A stretch of DNA of 64,000 nt from Rubrivivax sp. (GCA_047602205.1 JASGHX010000001.1:3714601-3778600); one strand, 5' to 3'. Numbered from the stretch's first letter, positions 1 to 10,802 are shown. The notes: a model not told the origin generated them from the letters alone. A program made the numbers and translations.

Positions 1-589
1 CCACCTGCGGCACCACGTAGGTGACGAGGAAGGTCACGATGACCACCGCGATCAGCGAGACGATGGCCGGGTACAGCATCGCGCCCAGCAGCTTGGCGCG
101 CAGCAGCTGGCGCTCTTCCAGGTCGTCGGCCAGGCGCTCCAGCACGGCGCCGAGCGCGCCGCTCTGCTCGCCGGCGGCCACCACGGCGCGGTAGACCTCG
201 TCGAACTCGCGCGGCGCGGTGGCCAGGGCGCGCGCGAAGCTGCTGCCGGCGTTGACCTCGCTCTTCAGGTGCGACAGCAGCTCGCGCTGCTTCGCGTCCT
301 CGCTCTCGTCGGCCAGCGCGGTCAGCGCGCGTTCCAGCGGCAGGCCCGAGCCGACCAGCCCGGCGAGCTGCCGCGTCCACACCGTCAGCGAGGCGTTGGA
401 GAACACGCGCCGCGTGAAGCGCGCGCCGCCGCCGGCGCCGGCCGCCGCTTCGGCCACCGGCGTGACGGCCAGCGGCACCAGCGCCTGGGCGCGCAACGCG
501 CTGCGCGCGGCCCGGGCGCTGTCGGCCTCCACCAGCCCTTTGGCGGCCTTGCCCTTGGCGTCCAGCGCTTCGTAACGGTACGCCGGCAT
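1..589 (-). CDS. gspF: Type II secretion inner-membrane platform protein GspF (3' end runs off the window)
   Basis: Own translation from ATG at 589: MPAYRYEALDAKGKAAKGLVEADSARAAR...WTRQLAGLVGSGLPLERAL...YRAVVAAGEQSGALGAVLERLAD...AMLYP, typical GspF/PilC; directly downstream of gspE. Confidence 0.95.
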   Translation of the reverse strand, partial: MPAYRYEALDAKGKAAKGLVEADSARAARSALRAQALVPLAVTPVAEAAAGAGGGARFTRRVFSNASLTVWTRQLAGLVGSGLPLERALTALADESEDAKQRELLSHLKSEVNAGSSFARALATAPREFDEVYRAVVAAGEQSGALGAVLERLADDLEERQLLRAKLLGAMLYPAIVSLIAVVIVTFLVTYVVPQV

Positions 590-595
590 CGGTGG

Positions 596-2023
596 TCAGT
601 CCCGCGTCACGCGGATGACTTCCTCGGGCGAGGTGATGCCGTCGCGCACCAGGCGCTCGCCGTCCTCGCGCATCGAGCGCAGCCCGGCGTTGCGCGCGGC
701 GGCGATCAACTCCTGCTCGCCGCCCTTGTAATGGATCAGGCCTTGCACGACGGGGTCGACCACCATCAGCTCGTAGACGCCGGTGCGGCCCTTGTAGCCG
801 GTGTGGCTGCAGGCCGGGCAGCCCATCGTGTGGGGGTGCCAGTGGCCGTCGTCGCCCTGCACGCGGCAGGCCGTACATAACTTGCGAACCAGGCGTTGCG
901 CGAGCGAGCCCAGCAGGCTGCTGGCCAGCAGGAAAGGCTCGACGCCCATGTCGATCAGCCTGGTGACGCTGCTGGGCGCGTCGTTGGTGTGCACGGTGGC
1001 CAGCACCAGGTGGCCGGTGAGGCTGGCCTGGATCGCGATCTGCGCGGTCTCGTGGTCGCGGATCTCGCCGATCATGATGACGTCCGGGTCCTGGCGCAGG
1101 ATCGCGCGCAGCGCCTTCGCGAACGTGAGGTCGATGCGCGGGTTGACCTGGGTCTGGCCGATGCCGGGCAGCTCGTACTCCACCGGGTCTTCCACCGTCA
1201 GCACGTTGGTGGTGCTGGTGTCGACGCGGCCCAGGCTCGCGTACAGCGTGGTCGTCTTGCCCGAGCCGGTGGGCCCGGTGACGAGCACGATGCCGTGCGG
1301 CTGCTGGATCAGGCGGCCGAAGGCGGCCAGCACCTCGCCGCTCATGCCCAGGCCTTCGAGCGTGAACTTCGATTCGGTCTTGTCCAGCAATCGCAGCACC
1401 GCGCGCTCGCCGTGGGCCGACGGCAGCGTCGACACGCGCACGTCGATCGCGCGGCCGCCGATGCGTAAAGAGATGCGGCCGTCCTGCGGCAACCGCTTCT
1501 CGGCGATGTCGAGCTCGGCCATGATCTTCAGGCGCGAGATCAGCGCCGCGTGCAGCGCCTTGTTGGGCTGCACCACCTCGCGCAGCGTGCCGTCGACGCG
1601 GAAGCGCACCGAGCTGCTGCGCTCGTAGGGCTCGATGTGGATGTCGCTCGCGCCGTCCTTCGCGGCCTGCGTCAGCAGCGCGTTGAGCATGCGGATGATG
1701 GGCGCGTCGTCGGCGGCCTCCAGCAGGTCTTCCACCGCCGGCAGGTCCTGCATCATGCGGCTCAGGTCGACGCCCGACTCGACCTCGCCGATCACCGCCG
1801 CCGCGCTGCCTTCGCCGCCGGCGTAGGCCGCGGCGATGCGGCCGGCCAGCGTCGCCGCGGCTTCGTACTCGTGGCGCGAGACGTCGTAGACGCGGCCCAC
1901 CTCCGACAGCGCGCTGGCCGGCGTGGTCTCGGCGGCCCACAGCACGCGCTCGCGGCCGTCGTCCTCCAGCAGCAGCGTGTGGGCCTTGGCGAAGGCGTAG
2001 GGCAGGGGATGTCTGGCGCCCAT
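596..2023 (-). CDS. gspE: Type II secretion ATPase GspE
   Basis: ASDIHIEP, Walker [46 protein letters not shown]; gsp cluster context. Confidence 0.97.
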   Translation of the reverse strand: MGARHPLPYAFAKAHTLLLEDDGRERVLWAAETTPASALSEVGRVYDVSRHEYEAAATLAGRIAAAYAGGEGSAAAVIGEVESGVDLSRMMQDLPAVEDLLEAADDAPIIRMLNALLTQAAKDGASDIHIEPYERSSSVRFRVDGTLREVVQPNKALHAALISRLKIMAELDIAEKRLPQDGRISLRIGGRAIDVRVSTLPSAHGERAVLRLLDKTESKFTLEGLGMSGEVLAAFGRLIQQPHGIVLVTGPTGSGKTTTLYASLGRVDTSTTNVLTVEDPVEYELPGIGQTQVNPRIDLTFAKALRAILRQDPDVIMIGEIRDHETAQIAIQASLTGHLVLATVHTNDAPSSVTRLIDMGVEPFLLASSLLGSLAQRLVRKLCTACRVQGDDGHWHPHTMGCPACSHTGYKGRTGVYELMVVDPVVQGLIHYKGGEQELIAAARNAGLRSMREDGERLVRDGITSPEEVIRVTRD

Positions 2024-2024
2024 G

Positions 2025-4221
2025 TCACTGCGGCGATGAAGGCGCCGATGCCGGCGGTGCCGCCGACGCCGGCGGCTCGAACGGCGCGATCGGCACCACC
2101 TGCCCCGGCACCGCGGGCGGCAGCACCGGCGACTTGTCGATCGGCAGCACGAAGCTGGGCGCGGGCTGGCCGTCGATCTGGCGCGCGCGGATCTGGTCGT
2201 AGCGGTCCAGCGTCAGCCGCGCCTGCGCGTCGGCGTCGCGCAGCACGATGGGGCGCAGGAAGACCATCAGGTTGGTGCGCTTGCGCTCGCGGCTCTCGCT
2301 GCGGAAGAGGGCGCCCAGGAACGGGATGTCGCCCAGCAGCGGCACCTTGCTCAGCGTGGTGGTGTAGGTGTCCTCGATCAGCCCGCCCAGCACCAGGATC
2401 TGGCCGTCGTCGACGGTGACGATGTTCTCGATCGAGCGCTTGGTCGTCGACGGCCCGGCGTTGCTGGTGCCGGCCGCGGTGGTGCTCTTGACGGCGCTCT
2501 GCTCCTGGTAGATCTGCATGCGGATCGCGCCGTTCTCGCCGATCTGCGGCTTGATGCGCAGCGTGATGCCCACGTCCTTGCGCTCGATGGTCTGGAACGG
2601 GTTGGTCGTGCCGGTGCCGGTGTTGGTGAACTGGCCGGTGATGAAGGGCACGTTCTCGCCGACGACGATCTTGGCCTCCTCGTTGTCCAGCGTGATCAGG
2701 TTGGGCGTGCTGACGATGTTGGTCTGGCTGCGGCTTTGCAGCAGGCGCAGGATGGCGGCCAGCGACTTCACGCCGTCGATCGTGCGCAGGATGCCCAGGC
2801 TGAGGCCGTCGCCCAGCGTCACCGAGCCGCTGGCCAGGCTGGAGTTGACGCTGACGATGTTGGGCGCGGCGCCGGTGGTCAGGCTCTGCAGGCCCTGCAG
2901 CGAGGTGCTGCCGTTGCCGTTGAGCGTGCCCAGCCATTCGAAGCCGAAGTCGGCGGCGTCGCCGCCGGCCACCTCGACGATCATGCTCTCGATGTAGACC
3001 TGCGCGCGGCGCGAGTCGAGCTGGTCGATCATCGCGCGCAGCTGGCGGTACAGCGGCTCGGGCGCGGTGATGATCAGCGAGTTGGTCGACGGGTCGGCCT
3101 GGATGAAGCCGCCGGTGGACGGCTGAGCCGAGCCGCTGAGCGGCGCCGTGGTCCTGGCTGCTGCCGAGGCCGCTGCTGGTGGTGGACGAGGTGCTGCTGC
3201 CGATCGCCGGCGCGGCCGCCGGCATCGCGGCGGCGGCCAACGGGCTGCTGGAACTGCCGCCGCCGGCGCTGCCGCCGGTGGCTGCCGCGAAGGCGGCGCG
3301 CAGCACGGTGGCCAGCTTGGTGGCATCGGCGTTCTTCAGGTGCACCACCCACATGCCGGGCGCGCCGGGTACGCCGCCGCCTTGCGCCGGGCGGTCGAGC
3401 TTGGCCACCACCGCCTTCACCGCGGCCAGCCGCGCGGCGTTGCCCGAGCGCACGATCAGCGAGTTGGTGCGCGCATCGGCCAGCACCGTGGTGCCGCCGG
3501 CGGCGGCGATGGCGCCGGGCACCGCCACCGTGGGCGTGCCGTCGGCCAGGCGCTGCACCGTGGCCGCCACGTCGCTGGCCACCAGGTGCTCGAGCGGGAT
3601 GACCTCGATGTCGGAGGCCGTCGGCTGGTCCAGCGCCGCGATGATCTTGGCCAGGCGCTGCAGGTTCTCGGCGTAGTCGGTGATCACCAGCGAGTTGTTG
3701 CCCGGGCTCGCGTTGATCGTGTTGTTGGCGCTGATCAGCGGCCGCAGCACGGCCACCAGGTTGTTCGGGTTCTCGTGCCGCAGCGTGAAGATCTGCGTGA
3801 TGATCACGTCGCCCCGGCGCCCCACCTCGCCCACCGAGACGGTGCTGGTCTGCAGCTTGGCCTCCGACTCGGGCACCACCTTCAGCAAGCCGCCGGTCTC
3901 GATGACCGCGAAGCCCAGGCCGCGCAGCGCCGACAGATAGGTCTGGTAGGCCTCGGCCACGCTTTGCGGCTGCTCGCTGTAGACGGTGATCGTGCCCTTG
4001 ACGCGCGGGTCCACCGCGATCGGCCGGTTCAGCATCGCGGCGAAGGCGCGCGTCACGGCCTCGAGGTCGGCGTTGACGAAGTTCACCGTCACCGGCGCGC
4101 GGCTGCCGCTGCCGCGCGCGGCGGCGCCGCTGGGCTGCGCCTGCAGCGGAGGCAGCGCCATCGTCAGCGCCAGGCAGGCTGCCAGCAGGCGCGGGCCGTG
4201 TGTTCGTCGGGTCATTCTCAT
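2025..4221 (-). CDS. gspD: Type II secretion secretin GspD, with a +1 frameshift near 3152 (probably a sequencing error)
   Basis: N-half (signal peptide, [11 protein letters not shown]-domains) is in ORF 1792..4863 from ATG 4221. C-half ([48 protein letters not shown]) is in ORF 2025..3326. Span 2197 nt = 3n+1. Confidence 0.93.
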
Positions 4222-5036
4222 CCGATCGCGAGAAGGGCCAGCGCACCCTGGCGCGGGCCCATGAGGTTGAGCAGATTGTTCAGCAGTGCCTCGCTGCCGG
4301 CGTCGGCCTGGGCCTGGCCGCGGAAACGCAGCCGCGGCCCCACCCACTGGCCGGCGCCGCTCAGGCGCAGCGGGCCTTGCAGCGTGGCCAGGTCCAGGCG
4401 CGCGCCTTCGTCGGCCTCGCCGCCGCCGCTCAAGCGCAGGCGGTAGCTGCCCAGGCTGTCGAGCGTGCTCAAGCCCGACGACAGCGCCAGCAGCTGCAGC
4501 TCGGCATGGCCGCTGACGCGCCAGCGGCCCTGCACCGACTCCACGCTGAGCGTGTCGGCCGTCAACTGCAGCGCGCCGCCGGGCTGCAGCGTGTTGAACG
4601 GCGCGCCCAGGCCCACCAGCCAGCTCGCCGGCCACTGGCCGACGGCCACGCGGCCCGGGGCCAAACTCACGCGCAGGCGGCCGATGCCGGGCTCGAGCCT
4701 GACGGTCAGCGTGCCGTCGAGGCAGCAGGGCTGCTGCAGGCGCAGCTCCAGCTGCCGCCAGCCGTCGGCCAGGCCCAGCGACCACTGCAGCCGCCCCGGC
4801 AGCACGCTGGCCTGCTGGGCGCCGCTGCCGCCGCTCAGCACCAGCGCGGCGCTGCCGTGCCACAGGCTGCCGCGGGCATCGGCCAGCAGCAGGCGCTGCC
4901 CGGTGGCGTCGGCCAGCGCCTGCGCCAGCCAGCTGGCCGGCGGCTGCAGGGCCAGCGCGATGGCGCCGCCGGCCAGCACGCCGGCGGCCGCCCAGCGCCA
5001 GCCGCGGCGGGCAGGGCGATGCGCCAGAGAGGCCAC
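4218..5036 (-). CDS. gspN: Type II secretion protein GspN (start approximate)
   Basis: N-terminal TM WRWAAAGVLAGG, LLADARGSLWHGSAALVL, LQGPLRLSGAGQW...FRGQA, LNNLLNLMG; lies between gspM and gspD. Confidence 0.85.
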   Translation of the reverse strand: MASLAHRPARRGWRWAAAGVLAGGAIALALQPPASWLAQALADATGQRLLLADARGSLWHGSAALVLSGGSGAQQASVLPGRLQWSLGLADGWRQLELRLQQPCCLDGTLTVRLEPGIGRLRVSLAPGRVAVGQWPASWLVGLGAPFNTLQPGGALQLTADTLSVESVQGRWRVSGHAELQLLALSSGLSTLDSLGSYRLRLSGGGEADEGARLDLATLQGPLRLSGAGQWVGPRLRFRGQAQADAGSEALLNNLLNLMGPRQGALALLAIG

Positions 5037-5050
5037 CCCCACGCCGGCCC

Positions 5051-5554
5051 TCAGCCGCCCGGCAGGGTGACGATCACCGCGCCGGACAGGCCTTGCTCGC
5101 CGCGGGTCAGGTTGATGTCGACGGCGCGCGCGCGCGCCGTGCTGCGCACCTCGGCCAGCCAGGCCTGCAGTTGCTGGCCGGTGGCGCCGCTGATCGTGAG
5201 CACGGCGCGGTCGCCCTGCTCCTGCAGCCGGGCGCGCTCGCCGAGACGGTCGCTGGCCGCCTTCAGCGCGGCCACGGCCTGGGCGCGCGGCAGCGGCGGC
5301 GTGGCGCGCAGGCTGCGCACGTCGGCCGCCTGGGCCTGCATGGCCTGCAACTGGGCTTCCAGGCCGTCCAGCCGCGCCGGCGCCTCGCGCAGCGTGCGCA
5401 GCGCCGGCCGCAGCGCCAACGTCCACAGCAGGAACAGCCCGACGACCCAGGCGGCCAGCAGCAGCAGACGCCGTTCGCGGGCATCGCGCGCAGTCCAGGC
5501 GGCCTGCAGCGTCTGGCGGGCCTTGGCCCAGGGCGGAGCGGCGGCGCCGTTCAT
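5051..5554 (-). CDS. gspM: Type II secretion protein GspM
   Basis: WTARDARERRLLLLAAWVVGLFLLW TM, coiled coil, WLAEVRSTARARAV; ATG 5554 overlaps the gspL stop. Confidence 0.88.
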   Translation of the reverse strand: MNGAAAPPWAKARQTLQAAWTARDARERRLLLLAAWVVGLFLLWTLALRPALRTLREAPARLDGLEAQLQAMQAQAADVRSLRATPPLPRAQAVAALKAASDRLGERARLQEQGDRAVLTISGATGQQLQAWLAEVRSTARARAVDINLTRGEQGLSGAVIVTLPGG

Positions 5555-6771
5555 CAGCGGGCCCCGCGCAGCACGGCGACCTGGGCGCCCTGGCGTTCGG
5601 CCACGTAGCCGGCGGCGCGCACGCGTTCGGCGAACTGCTGGTGCTGGGCGTCGGCCCAGCCCACCGGCGTCAGCAGCAGCCGGCCGGGTTCGAAGCGCAG
5701 CGCCGCCAGCGGCGGCTGGCCATCGGGCCAGGCGGTGGCGGCAGCGGCGAGCAAGGGCTCGGCATCGGCCGGGCCGGGCTGGCCGGCGGCGGCACGCAGG
5801 CCTTCGGTCTCGCGCTGCATCTGCAAGGGCGCGTCGAGCACCGAGCGCACCTGCGGGTGGACGCTTTGCAGCAGGCGAGTCTGCGCCAGGCGCCTGTCCT
5901 GCACCGCGCGGTCGAGCTTCCAGGCCCAGGCGTTGAGGCCGACCACCTGCAGCGCCAGCAAGGCCGCGGCGCCGATGCGCACCGGCCGCCATTCGGGGCC
6001 GGCCAGGCGGCGCAGCGCCTCGCGCACCGCCTGCAGGCCGCGGTGACGCGGCGCGAGGTCGAACTGCAGCAGGTTCCAGTCCGAGCGGCTGGCCTGCAGC
6101 GCGCGCTCGGCGTCGGTGCGCACGCCGACCGGGCCTTCGAGCCAGCGCTCGGCCGCCGCCACCGCCGCCGGGTGCGCGCTGCGCTCGATCTGGCCGCGGT
6201 CCGCGGCCGCGAGCTGCTGGCGCGCCAGGCTGCCGGCGCGCAGGACGCTCACGCCGTCGGCATGGCTCCAGACCAGCGTCGGCTCGTCGCCTTCGGCTTC
6301 GGCCGGCAGCACGTGCGCCTGGGGCTGCGGGGTCGGCCAGCTCAGCGGCAGCACGCGGTCGACCGCGACGCCGGCGCCCTGCAGCGCGGCCAGCGCGCGC
6401 TGCAGCCGCGCCTTGTCGGTAACGGCCACCCAGCCGGTCTGGCCGGGCGTCAGGTCCGGGGCCAAGGCGGCATGCACGGCCTCGTCGTCGTCGAGCAGCG
6501 CGTCTTCGAGCATCGCGCCCAGGGCGGCGCGCGCGCGCGCCGCCGGCGCCTTGGGCACCGCCAGGCGCTGCCAGCTCAGGTCGGCATCGGCCAGCGCCAG
6601 GCAGGTGGTGTCGGCCTTGGGCAGCTCGGCTGTCGCGGCGCGGCCCTGGCGGGTGATGGCCTGGCCGTCGCTGCTGAAGACGAAGGCGTGGTCGCCGGAT
6701 CGGTCGACATCGACGCCGGCATCGGCCGCCTCGCGCAGGCGCGGGGGCAGGAGGATCACGAGCACGGACAT
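5554..6771 (-). CDS. gspL: Type II secretion protein GspL
   Basis: MSVLVILLPPRLR..., LSWQRLAVPK, LEDALLDDDEAVHAAL, WNLLQFDLAP, LNAWAW TM, VLDAPLQMQRE. Confidence 0.9.
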   Translation of the reverse strand: MSVLVILLPPRLREAADAGVDVDRSGDHAFVFSSDGQAITRQGRAATAELPKADTTCLALADADLSWQRLAVPKAPAARARAALGAMLEDALLDDDEAVHAALAPDLTPGQTGWVAVTDKARLQRALAALQGAGVAVDRVLPLSWPTPQPQAHVLPAEAEGDEPTLVWSHADGVSVLRAGSLARQQLAAADRGQIERSAHPAAVAAAERWLEGPVGVRTDAERALQASRSDWNLLQFDLAPRHRGLQAVREALRRLAGPEWRPVRIGAAALLALQVVGLNAWAWKLDRAVQDRRLAQTRLLQSVHPQVRSVLDAPLQMQRETEGLRAAAGQPGPADAEPLLAAAATAWPDGQPPLAALRFEPGRLLLTPVGWADAQHQQFAERVRAAGYVAERQGAQVAVLRGAR

Positions 6772-6899
6772 CGGAGGATCAAGGCTACTACGCGGGTGGC
6801 GCGCGCCGCGGGCGGCGGCCGGCAAAGAAGGGTTGCGGCTTCGCGTCGGGCGCGACGACTTGTATTGTCGCTGCGAAGTCCGACGCCCCGGCCGCCGGT

Positions 6900-7832
6900 T
6901 CAGCCGCCGGAGGCGGCGGACAGCGACTGCCGCTCGCGCCGCAGCAGCGTCAGCCCGTTGGCGCCGCGCGCGAGCAGCCAGCGCTCCTGCAGCACGCGGT
7001 CTTCGTAGCGCAGCCGGCCCAGCACCTCGAAGTAGCTGGAGCGCACGCCGACGCGGCCGTCGTCGATGCTGACGGTGGCCGGCAGCAGCGCGCGCAGCTC
7101 GTCGCCGGTGGTCGCCGGGCTGCGCTTGAGCGACTGCGCCACGCGCTGCGCGCTGCCCAGGTCCAGCCCGTCGATGGCCGCCAGCAGCGCCGGCGCCTCG
7201 GCGGTGTTGGCGTTGAGCGGCGTGCGCACCGGCAGCAGGCTGACGTAGGGCGCGATCTGCGCCAGCTGCGCCGTGTCCAGCCCCAGCCAGGCGAGCTGCT
7301 CCAGGCGCGCCGGCGGCAGCGCGGCGGTCTCGCTGCGGCCGTACCAGGCGTCGGCCAGGCCGGCGGCCAGGCGGTCGGCCAGATCGGCGCCAGCGCCGGC
7401 GGCGTCGCACAGCCGGCGCAGCCCGGCCAGCTCGGCCGGCACCGGCTTGCCGTCGTCGCCGACCAGGCGGCGCAGGTTGTAGCGGCCCTGCGCGTCGCTG
7501 ATCTCGCCGGACAGGAAGACGTCGAGGTTGGCGTCGGCGCTGTTGTCGCGGTCGGCGGCCAGGAACTGCGACAGCCGCGATTCCTCCAGCTTGCTGACCC
7601 AGCCGGCGCCGGGCGGAAAGGGCTTGTCGGCACCGCCGCGCATCAGCACCTTGGCCCAATCGAGCGCGCCGTCCAGCAGCAACGCGGCCTGCGCGCGCGC
7701 GCGCTCGGCGGTCTCGACGTCGACCGCGCGCTGCTGGTGCCACACCATCGCCGAGGCCAGCGTGGCCACCAGCGTGAGGATGATCATCGCGATCAGCAGC
7801 GCGGCGCCGCGCTGGGCGGGGCGGGTGCTCAT
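6900..7832 (-). CDS. gspK: Type II secretion minor pseudopilin GspK
   Basis: QRGAALLIAMIILTLVATLA prepilin-like N-terminus, GEISDAQGRYNL, TPLNANTA, VRSSYFEV. Confidence 0.92.
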   Translation of the reverse strand: MSTRPAQRGAALLIAMIILTLVATLASAMVWHQQRAVDVETAERARAQAALLLDGALDWAKVLMRGGADKPFPPGAGWVSKLEESRLSQFLAADRDNSADANLDVFLSGEISDAQGRYNLRRLVGDDGKPVPAELAGLRRLCDAAGAGADLADRLAAGLADAWYGRSETAALPPARLEQLAWLGLDTAQLAQIAPYVSLLPVRTPLNANTAEAPALLAAIDGLDLGSAQRVAQSLKRSPATTGDELRALLPATVSIDDGRVGVRSSYFEVLGRLRYEDRVLQERWLLARGANGLTLLRRERQSLSAASGG

Positions 7833-8500
7833 GACGCGGGGGCGACCATGACGTCGCGCGTCAGCGTCCGGCCGTCCAGCGTGAGCACCAGGCGCACGCC
7901 GGTGGGCAGCAGCTCGACCTGCCGCGGCGGCGCAGGGGTGCCGCCGGTGCCGCCGGTACCACCGTCGCCGCCGGGCGGCCCTTGCGGCGACGACGACGTG
8001 AAGTCGCCGGTGGACTGCGCATTGGTCCAGGCGTTGCCGCGGTAGAAATAGACCTGCCAGCCGTCGACGCCGTCGAGCAGCCGCAGCGGCTCGGGCTCGG
8101 CGCCCTGGAGTTGCTGGCTGCGCAGCCAGGCCTGCTGCAGCTCGGCCAGCCGCGTGGTCGGCACCGAGGCCCAGCGCTGCCAGGTGCGGCCGTCGAGCGA
8201 CCAGGCCACGAGCTGCACCGCGCCCTCGCTGCGCCGCACCAGGCGCAGCGCGCGGCCGTCGAAGCTCAAGGCGCTGGGCACGCCGGTGTCGGCCTGCAGC
8301 ATCTGCAGATCGGTCTCCCACTGCGACATCAGCGCGGTCAGCAGCAGGCTGCGGTCCACCGCGTCGCGGCTGGCGTCGCGGCTCTTCAGCACGCCGTCCA
8401 CGCCCTGCCAGGCCAGCGCCGCCATCAGCGCCATCACGAAGAGGGCGACCAGCACCTCCACCAGCGTGAAGCCGCGTGCGCGGCGCTGCCGCCGCGTCAT
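7829..8500 (-). CDS. gspJ: Type II secretion minor pseudopilin GspJ
   Basis: RGFTLVEVLVALFVMALMA class III signal; FYRGNAWTNAQS; LPTGVRLVL. Confidence 0.9.
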   Translation of the reverse strand: MTRRQRRARGFTLVEVLVALFVMALMAALAWQGVDGVLKSRDASRDAVDRSLLLTALMSQWETDLQMLQADTGVPSALSFDGRALRLVRRSEGAVQLVAWSLDGRTWQRWASVPTTRLAELQQAWLRSQQLQGAEPEPLRLLDGVDGWQVYFYRGNAWTNAQSTGDFTSSSPQGPPGGDGGTGGTGGTPAPPRQVELLPTGVRLVLTLDGRTLTRDVMVAPAS

Positions 8501-8856
8501 GGCCGGCCCATCACCGTGGTCAGCGTCACCAGAGGGCGGCCGGTGTCGTCGCTGACCACGGCGTCGATGCGGCGCATGTTGGGGTTGGGCGTGGGCCGCG
8601 TGACGAGCTTGCCGGGGAAGCTGCGGCCGAGCTGCTCGCAGCTGAAATCGGCGTCGCCGATGCCCGGCAGCACGCGCGCCAGGCGCAGGTTGGTGAGCTG
8701 GTTGTCGGCGCACCACTGCGCCAGCGTGACCTGCTGCAGCCGCTCGGCGTTGTCGGTCAGCGCGCCGGCGGCGCGCGCGCCGGCGGCCAGCGCGACGGCG
8801 ACCACCGCCAGCGCCACCAGCACCTCGATCAGCGTGAAGCCGCGCGGCCGCCGCAT
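8497..8856 (-). CDS. gspI: Type II secretion minor pseudopilin GspI (alternative start 8883)
   Basis: RGFTLIEVLVALAVVA; AQWCADNQLTNLRL; TPNPNMRRID. Confidence 0.92.
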   Translation of the reverse strand: MRRPRGFTLIEVLVALAVVAVALAAGARAAGALTDNAERLQQVTLAQWCADNQLTNLRLARVLPGIGDADFSCEQLGRSFPGKLVTRPTPNPNMRRIDAVVSDDTGRPLVTLTTVMGRP

Positions 8857-8866
8857 CGGCGTGGCC

Positions 8867-9355
8867 TCAGGGTGTGCCGCCACCGGCCGCTTCGACCGGC
8901 TGCACGGTGAACGGCCGCAGCCCGTCGGTGGCGACCGCGATCACCTGGCTGTCGATGGCCAGCAGCACGCGCTGCGCGCCGATCAGCGCCTCGGGGCCTA
9001 GCACCACGCTGCCGCGGTTGCCGTCGATGCGCGCCACGACCTCGGGGTCCTGCCAGCGCGTGGGCAGCGCGCGCGACGGCGGCAGCCCGACGAAGCGGAA
9101 TTGCCCGCCGGCCGCTTCCGGCGTCAGCAGCCACTGCACCGGCAGCGCCGCGGCCCGCGCCTCGGCGCGCGCCGCTTCCAGCAAGGCGCTCAGGCGCGCG
9201 GCCTCGCGCTCCAGCCGGTCCTGCCGGCCGTCGCGCAGCGCCAGCGAGACGACGCCGGCGGCGATGGCCACCAGCGCCACCACCACCATCACTTCGATCA
9301 GCGTGAAGCCGCTTGGGGCACGCCGGCGGCTACTGCCAGGAGCCGATGTCGGCAT
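8867..9355 (-). CDS. gspH: Type II secretion minor pseudopilin GspH
   Basis: SGFTLIEVMVVVALVAIAAG; LEREAARLSALLE; lies between gspG and gspI. Confidence 0.88.
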   Translation of the reverse strand: MPTSAPGSSRRRAPSGFTLIEVMVVVALVAIAAGVVSLALRDGRQDRLEREAARLSALLEAARAEARAAALPVQWLLTPEAAGGQFRFVGLPPSRALPTRWQDPEVVARIDGNRGSVVLGPEALIGAQRVLLAIDSQVIAVATDGLRPFTVQPVEAAGGGTP

Positions 9356-9761
9356 TCTTGCCCTCGCCGCCGGCCTGCCCGTCGGCGCCGTAGCTGAAGA
9401 CGTCGATCTCGCCCTTCACGCCCGGGTTCACGTACTGGTAGGGGCGGCCCCAGGGGTCGGCCGGCAGCTTGTCGAGGTAGGGCTTCCAGTTGGGCGGGAT
9501 GGCGCCGGCCGTCGGCTTGCGGACCAGCGCGTCCAGCCCCTGCTCGGCGCTGGGAAAGCGCTGGTTGTCCAGCTTGTAGAGCTTGAGCGCCTGCACCAGG
9601 TTGTTGACGTCGGTGCGCGCGGCGGCGACGCGCGCGTCGTCGGTGCGGTCCAGCACGTTGGGCACGATCAGCGCGGCCAGCACGCCGATGATCACCACGA
9701 CGACCATCAGCTCGATCAGCGTGAAGCCCCGCGCGGCGCGGGGCAGGAGGGAGGCTCGCAT
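9330..9761 (-). CDS. gspG: Type II secretion major pseudopilin GspG
   Basis: RGFTLIELMVVVVIIGVLAALIVPN; ALKLYKLDNQRFPS; LPADPWGRPYQY; FSYGADGQAGGEGKNADI. Confidence 0.97.
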   Translation of the reverse strand: MRASLLPRAARGFTLIELMVVVVIIGVLAALIVPNVLDRTDDARVAAARTDVNNLVQALKLYKLDNQRFPSAEQGLDALVRKPTAGAIPPNWKPYLDKLPADPWGRPYQYVNPGVKGEIDVFSYGADGQAGGEGKNADIGSWQ

Positions 9762-9833
9762 GAGGTTGTCGGGCCGCCGGCGCAGCCTGTCCGTAGGGTC
9801 TTCGGGATCGGGGCGCGGAATCATAATCGCCGC

Positions 9834-10517
9834 ATGTGGGCACGATGGTCGACGTTCCTGGTCTGGGCCCTGGTGGCCGCCAGCGGGGTGTTCTGGGGCC
9901 TGAAGCTGTGGGCCAGCCCGCTGGCCGCGCCGCCGCAGACGGTGCTGGCGCAGGGCACGCCGGCCGCCGGCGGCGACTGGTCGCGCCTGTTCGGCGCCGC
10001 GCCGCCGCCCCCGCCAATGGCCGCCGCGCCGGCGCCGCCGCCGGAGAGCAGCCGCTTCCAGCTGATCGGCGTGGTGGCGCCGCGCGCCGCTGCGGCGCAC
10101 GCGCAAGGCGTGGCGCTGATCGCGGTGGACGGCAAGCCGCCGCGCGCCTACCGGGTGGGCGCGGCGGTCGACGGCGACCACGTGCTGCAGTCGGTGCGCG
10201 CGCGCGCGGTGACGCTCGGCCCGCGCCAGGGGCCGGCGACGATCGCGCTGGAACTGCCGCCGCTGCAGCCGCCCGCCACCGGCGTGCCGGCCGCGGCGGG
10301 CGTCGTTCCGGGCGGGCCGGGGGTCTTGCCGCCGCCTGTCGTCACGCCAGGCACGGCCATCGGTGGCGTGCGCGGCTTCCGGCCGCCGGGCACCGTGGCG
10401 CCGGCCGCGGCGGAAGACCCGGCGCGGCTGCAGATGCAGCACGTGGAACCGGCGCCGCCCGACGGCAACCACCCCGTCAACCCGGCCGGCCAGGCCAGCC
10501 CGCTCAGCCAGCGCTGA
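9834..10517 (+). CDS. gspC: Type II secretion protein GspC-like (no PDZ domain), divergent from gspG
   Basis: MWARWSTFLVWALVAASGVFWGLKLW TM; FQLIGVVA...VALIAVDGKPPRAYRVG HR domain; Pro-rich tail. Confidence 0.8.
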   Translation: MWARWSTFLVWALVAASGVFWGLKLWASPLAAPPQTVLAQGTPAAGGDWSRLFGAAPPPPPMAAAPAPPPESSRFQLIGVVAPRAAAAHAQGVALIAVDGKPPRAYRVGAAVDGDHVLQSVRARAVTLGPRQGPATIALELPPLQPPATGVPAAAGVVPGGPGVLPPPVVTPGTAIGGVRGFRPPGTVAPAAAEDPARLQMQHVEPAPPDGNHPVNPAGQASPLSQR

Positions 10518-10527
10518 CGCGGCGCGC

Positions 10528-10800
10528 ACCCTCATCCCCCGCCTTCTCCCGCGAGCGGGAGAAGGAGCCCACGCGACCTACGGCGTGTGAAAAGCGGTCC
10601 CCTCGGGGACAGGTCGCCGCAGGCGACCAGGGGGAGCGGCGGTGAAATGCGCGCCGAACCGGATCCGGCTTTGCCGGTCCGGTTCGGTAGCCCCCTCGGG
10701 GGGCTGAGCCCGGACGAAGAACCGTCCCTGCGGACGGTTCTTCGCCTGGCGAAGGCCAGCGGGCCTGCAAGCCCGCTGGCGGCCGCCCCAGCGGCCGGGG
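10528..10800. repeat. Cluster of about 8 GC-rich REP-like hairpins between the convergent gspC and cobT 3' ends
   Basis: Perfect or near-perfect stems at 10542-10565 (ccttctcccgc-ga-gcgggagaagg), 10597-10610, 10612-10628, 10654-10687, 10689-10705, 10715-10744, 10756-10779 and 10780-10797. Confidence 0.8.
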
Positions 10801-10802
10801 GC

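Noticed and set aside
6772-6899. Possible riboswitch in the gspK-gspL spacer (gcgtcgg...ccgacgc stem)
   Set aside because: It can fold, but I recognise no riboswitch consensus and such stems are common at this GC content.
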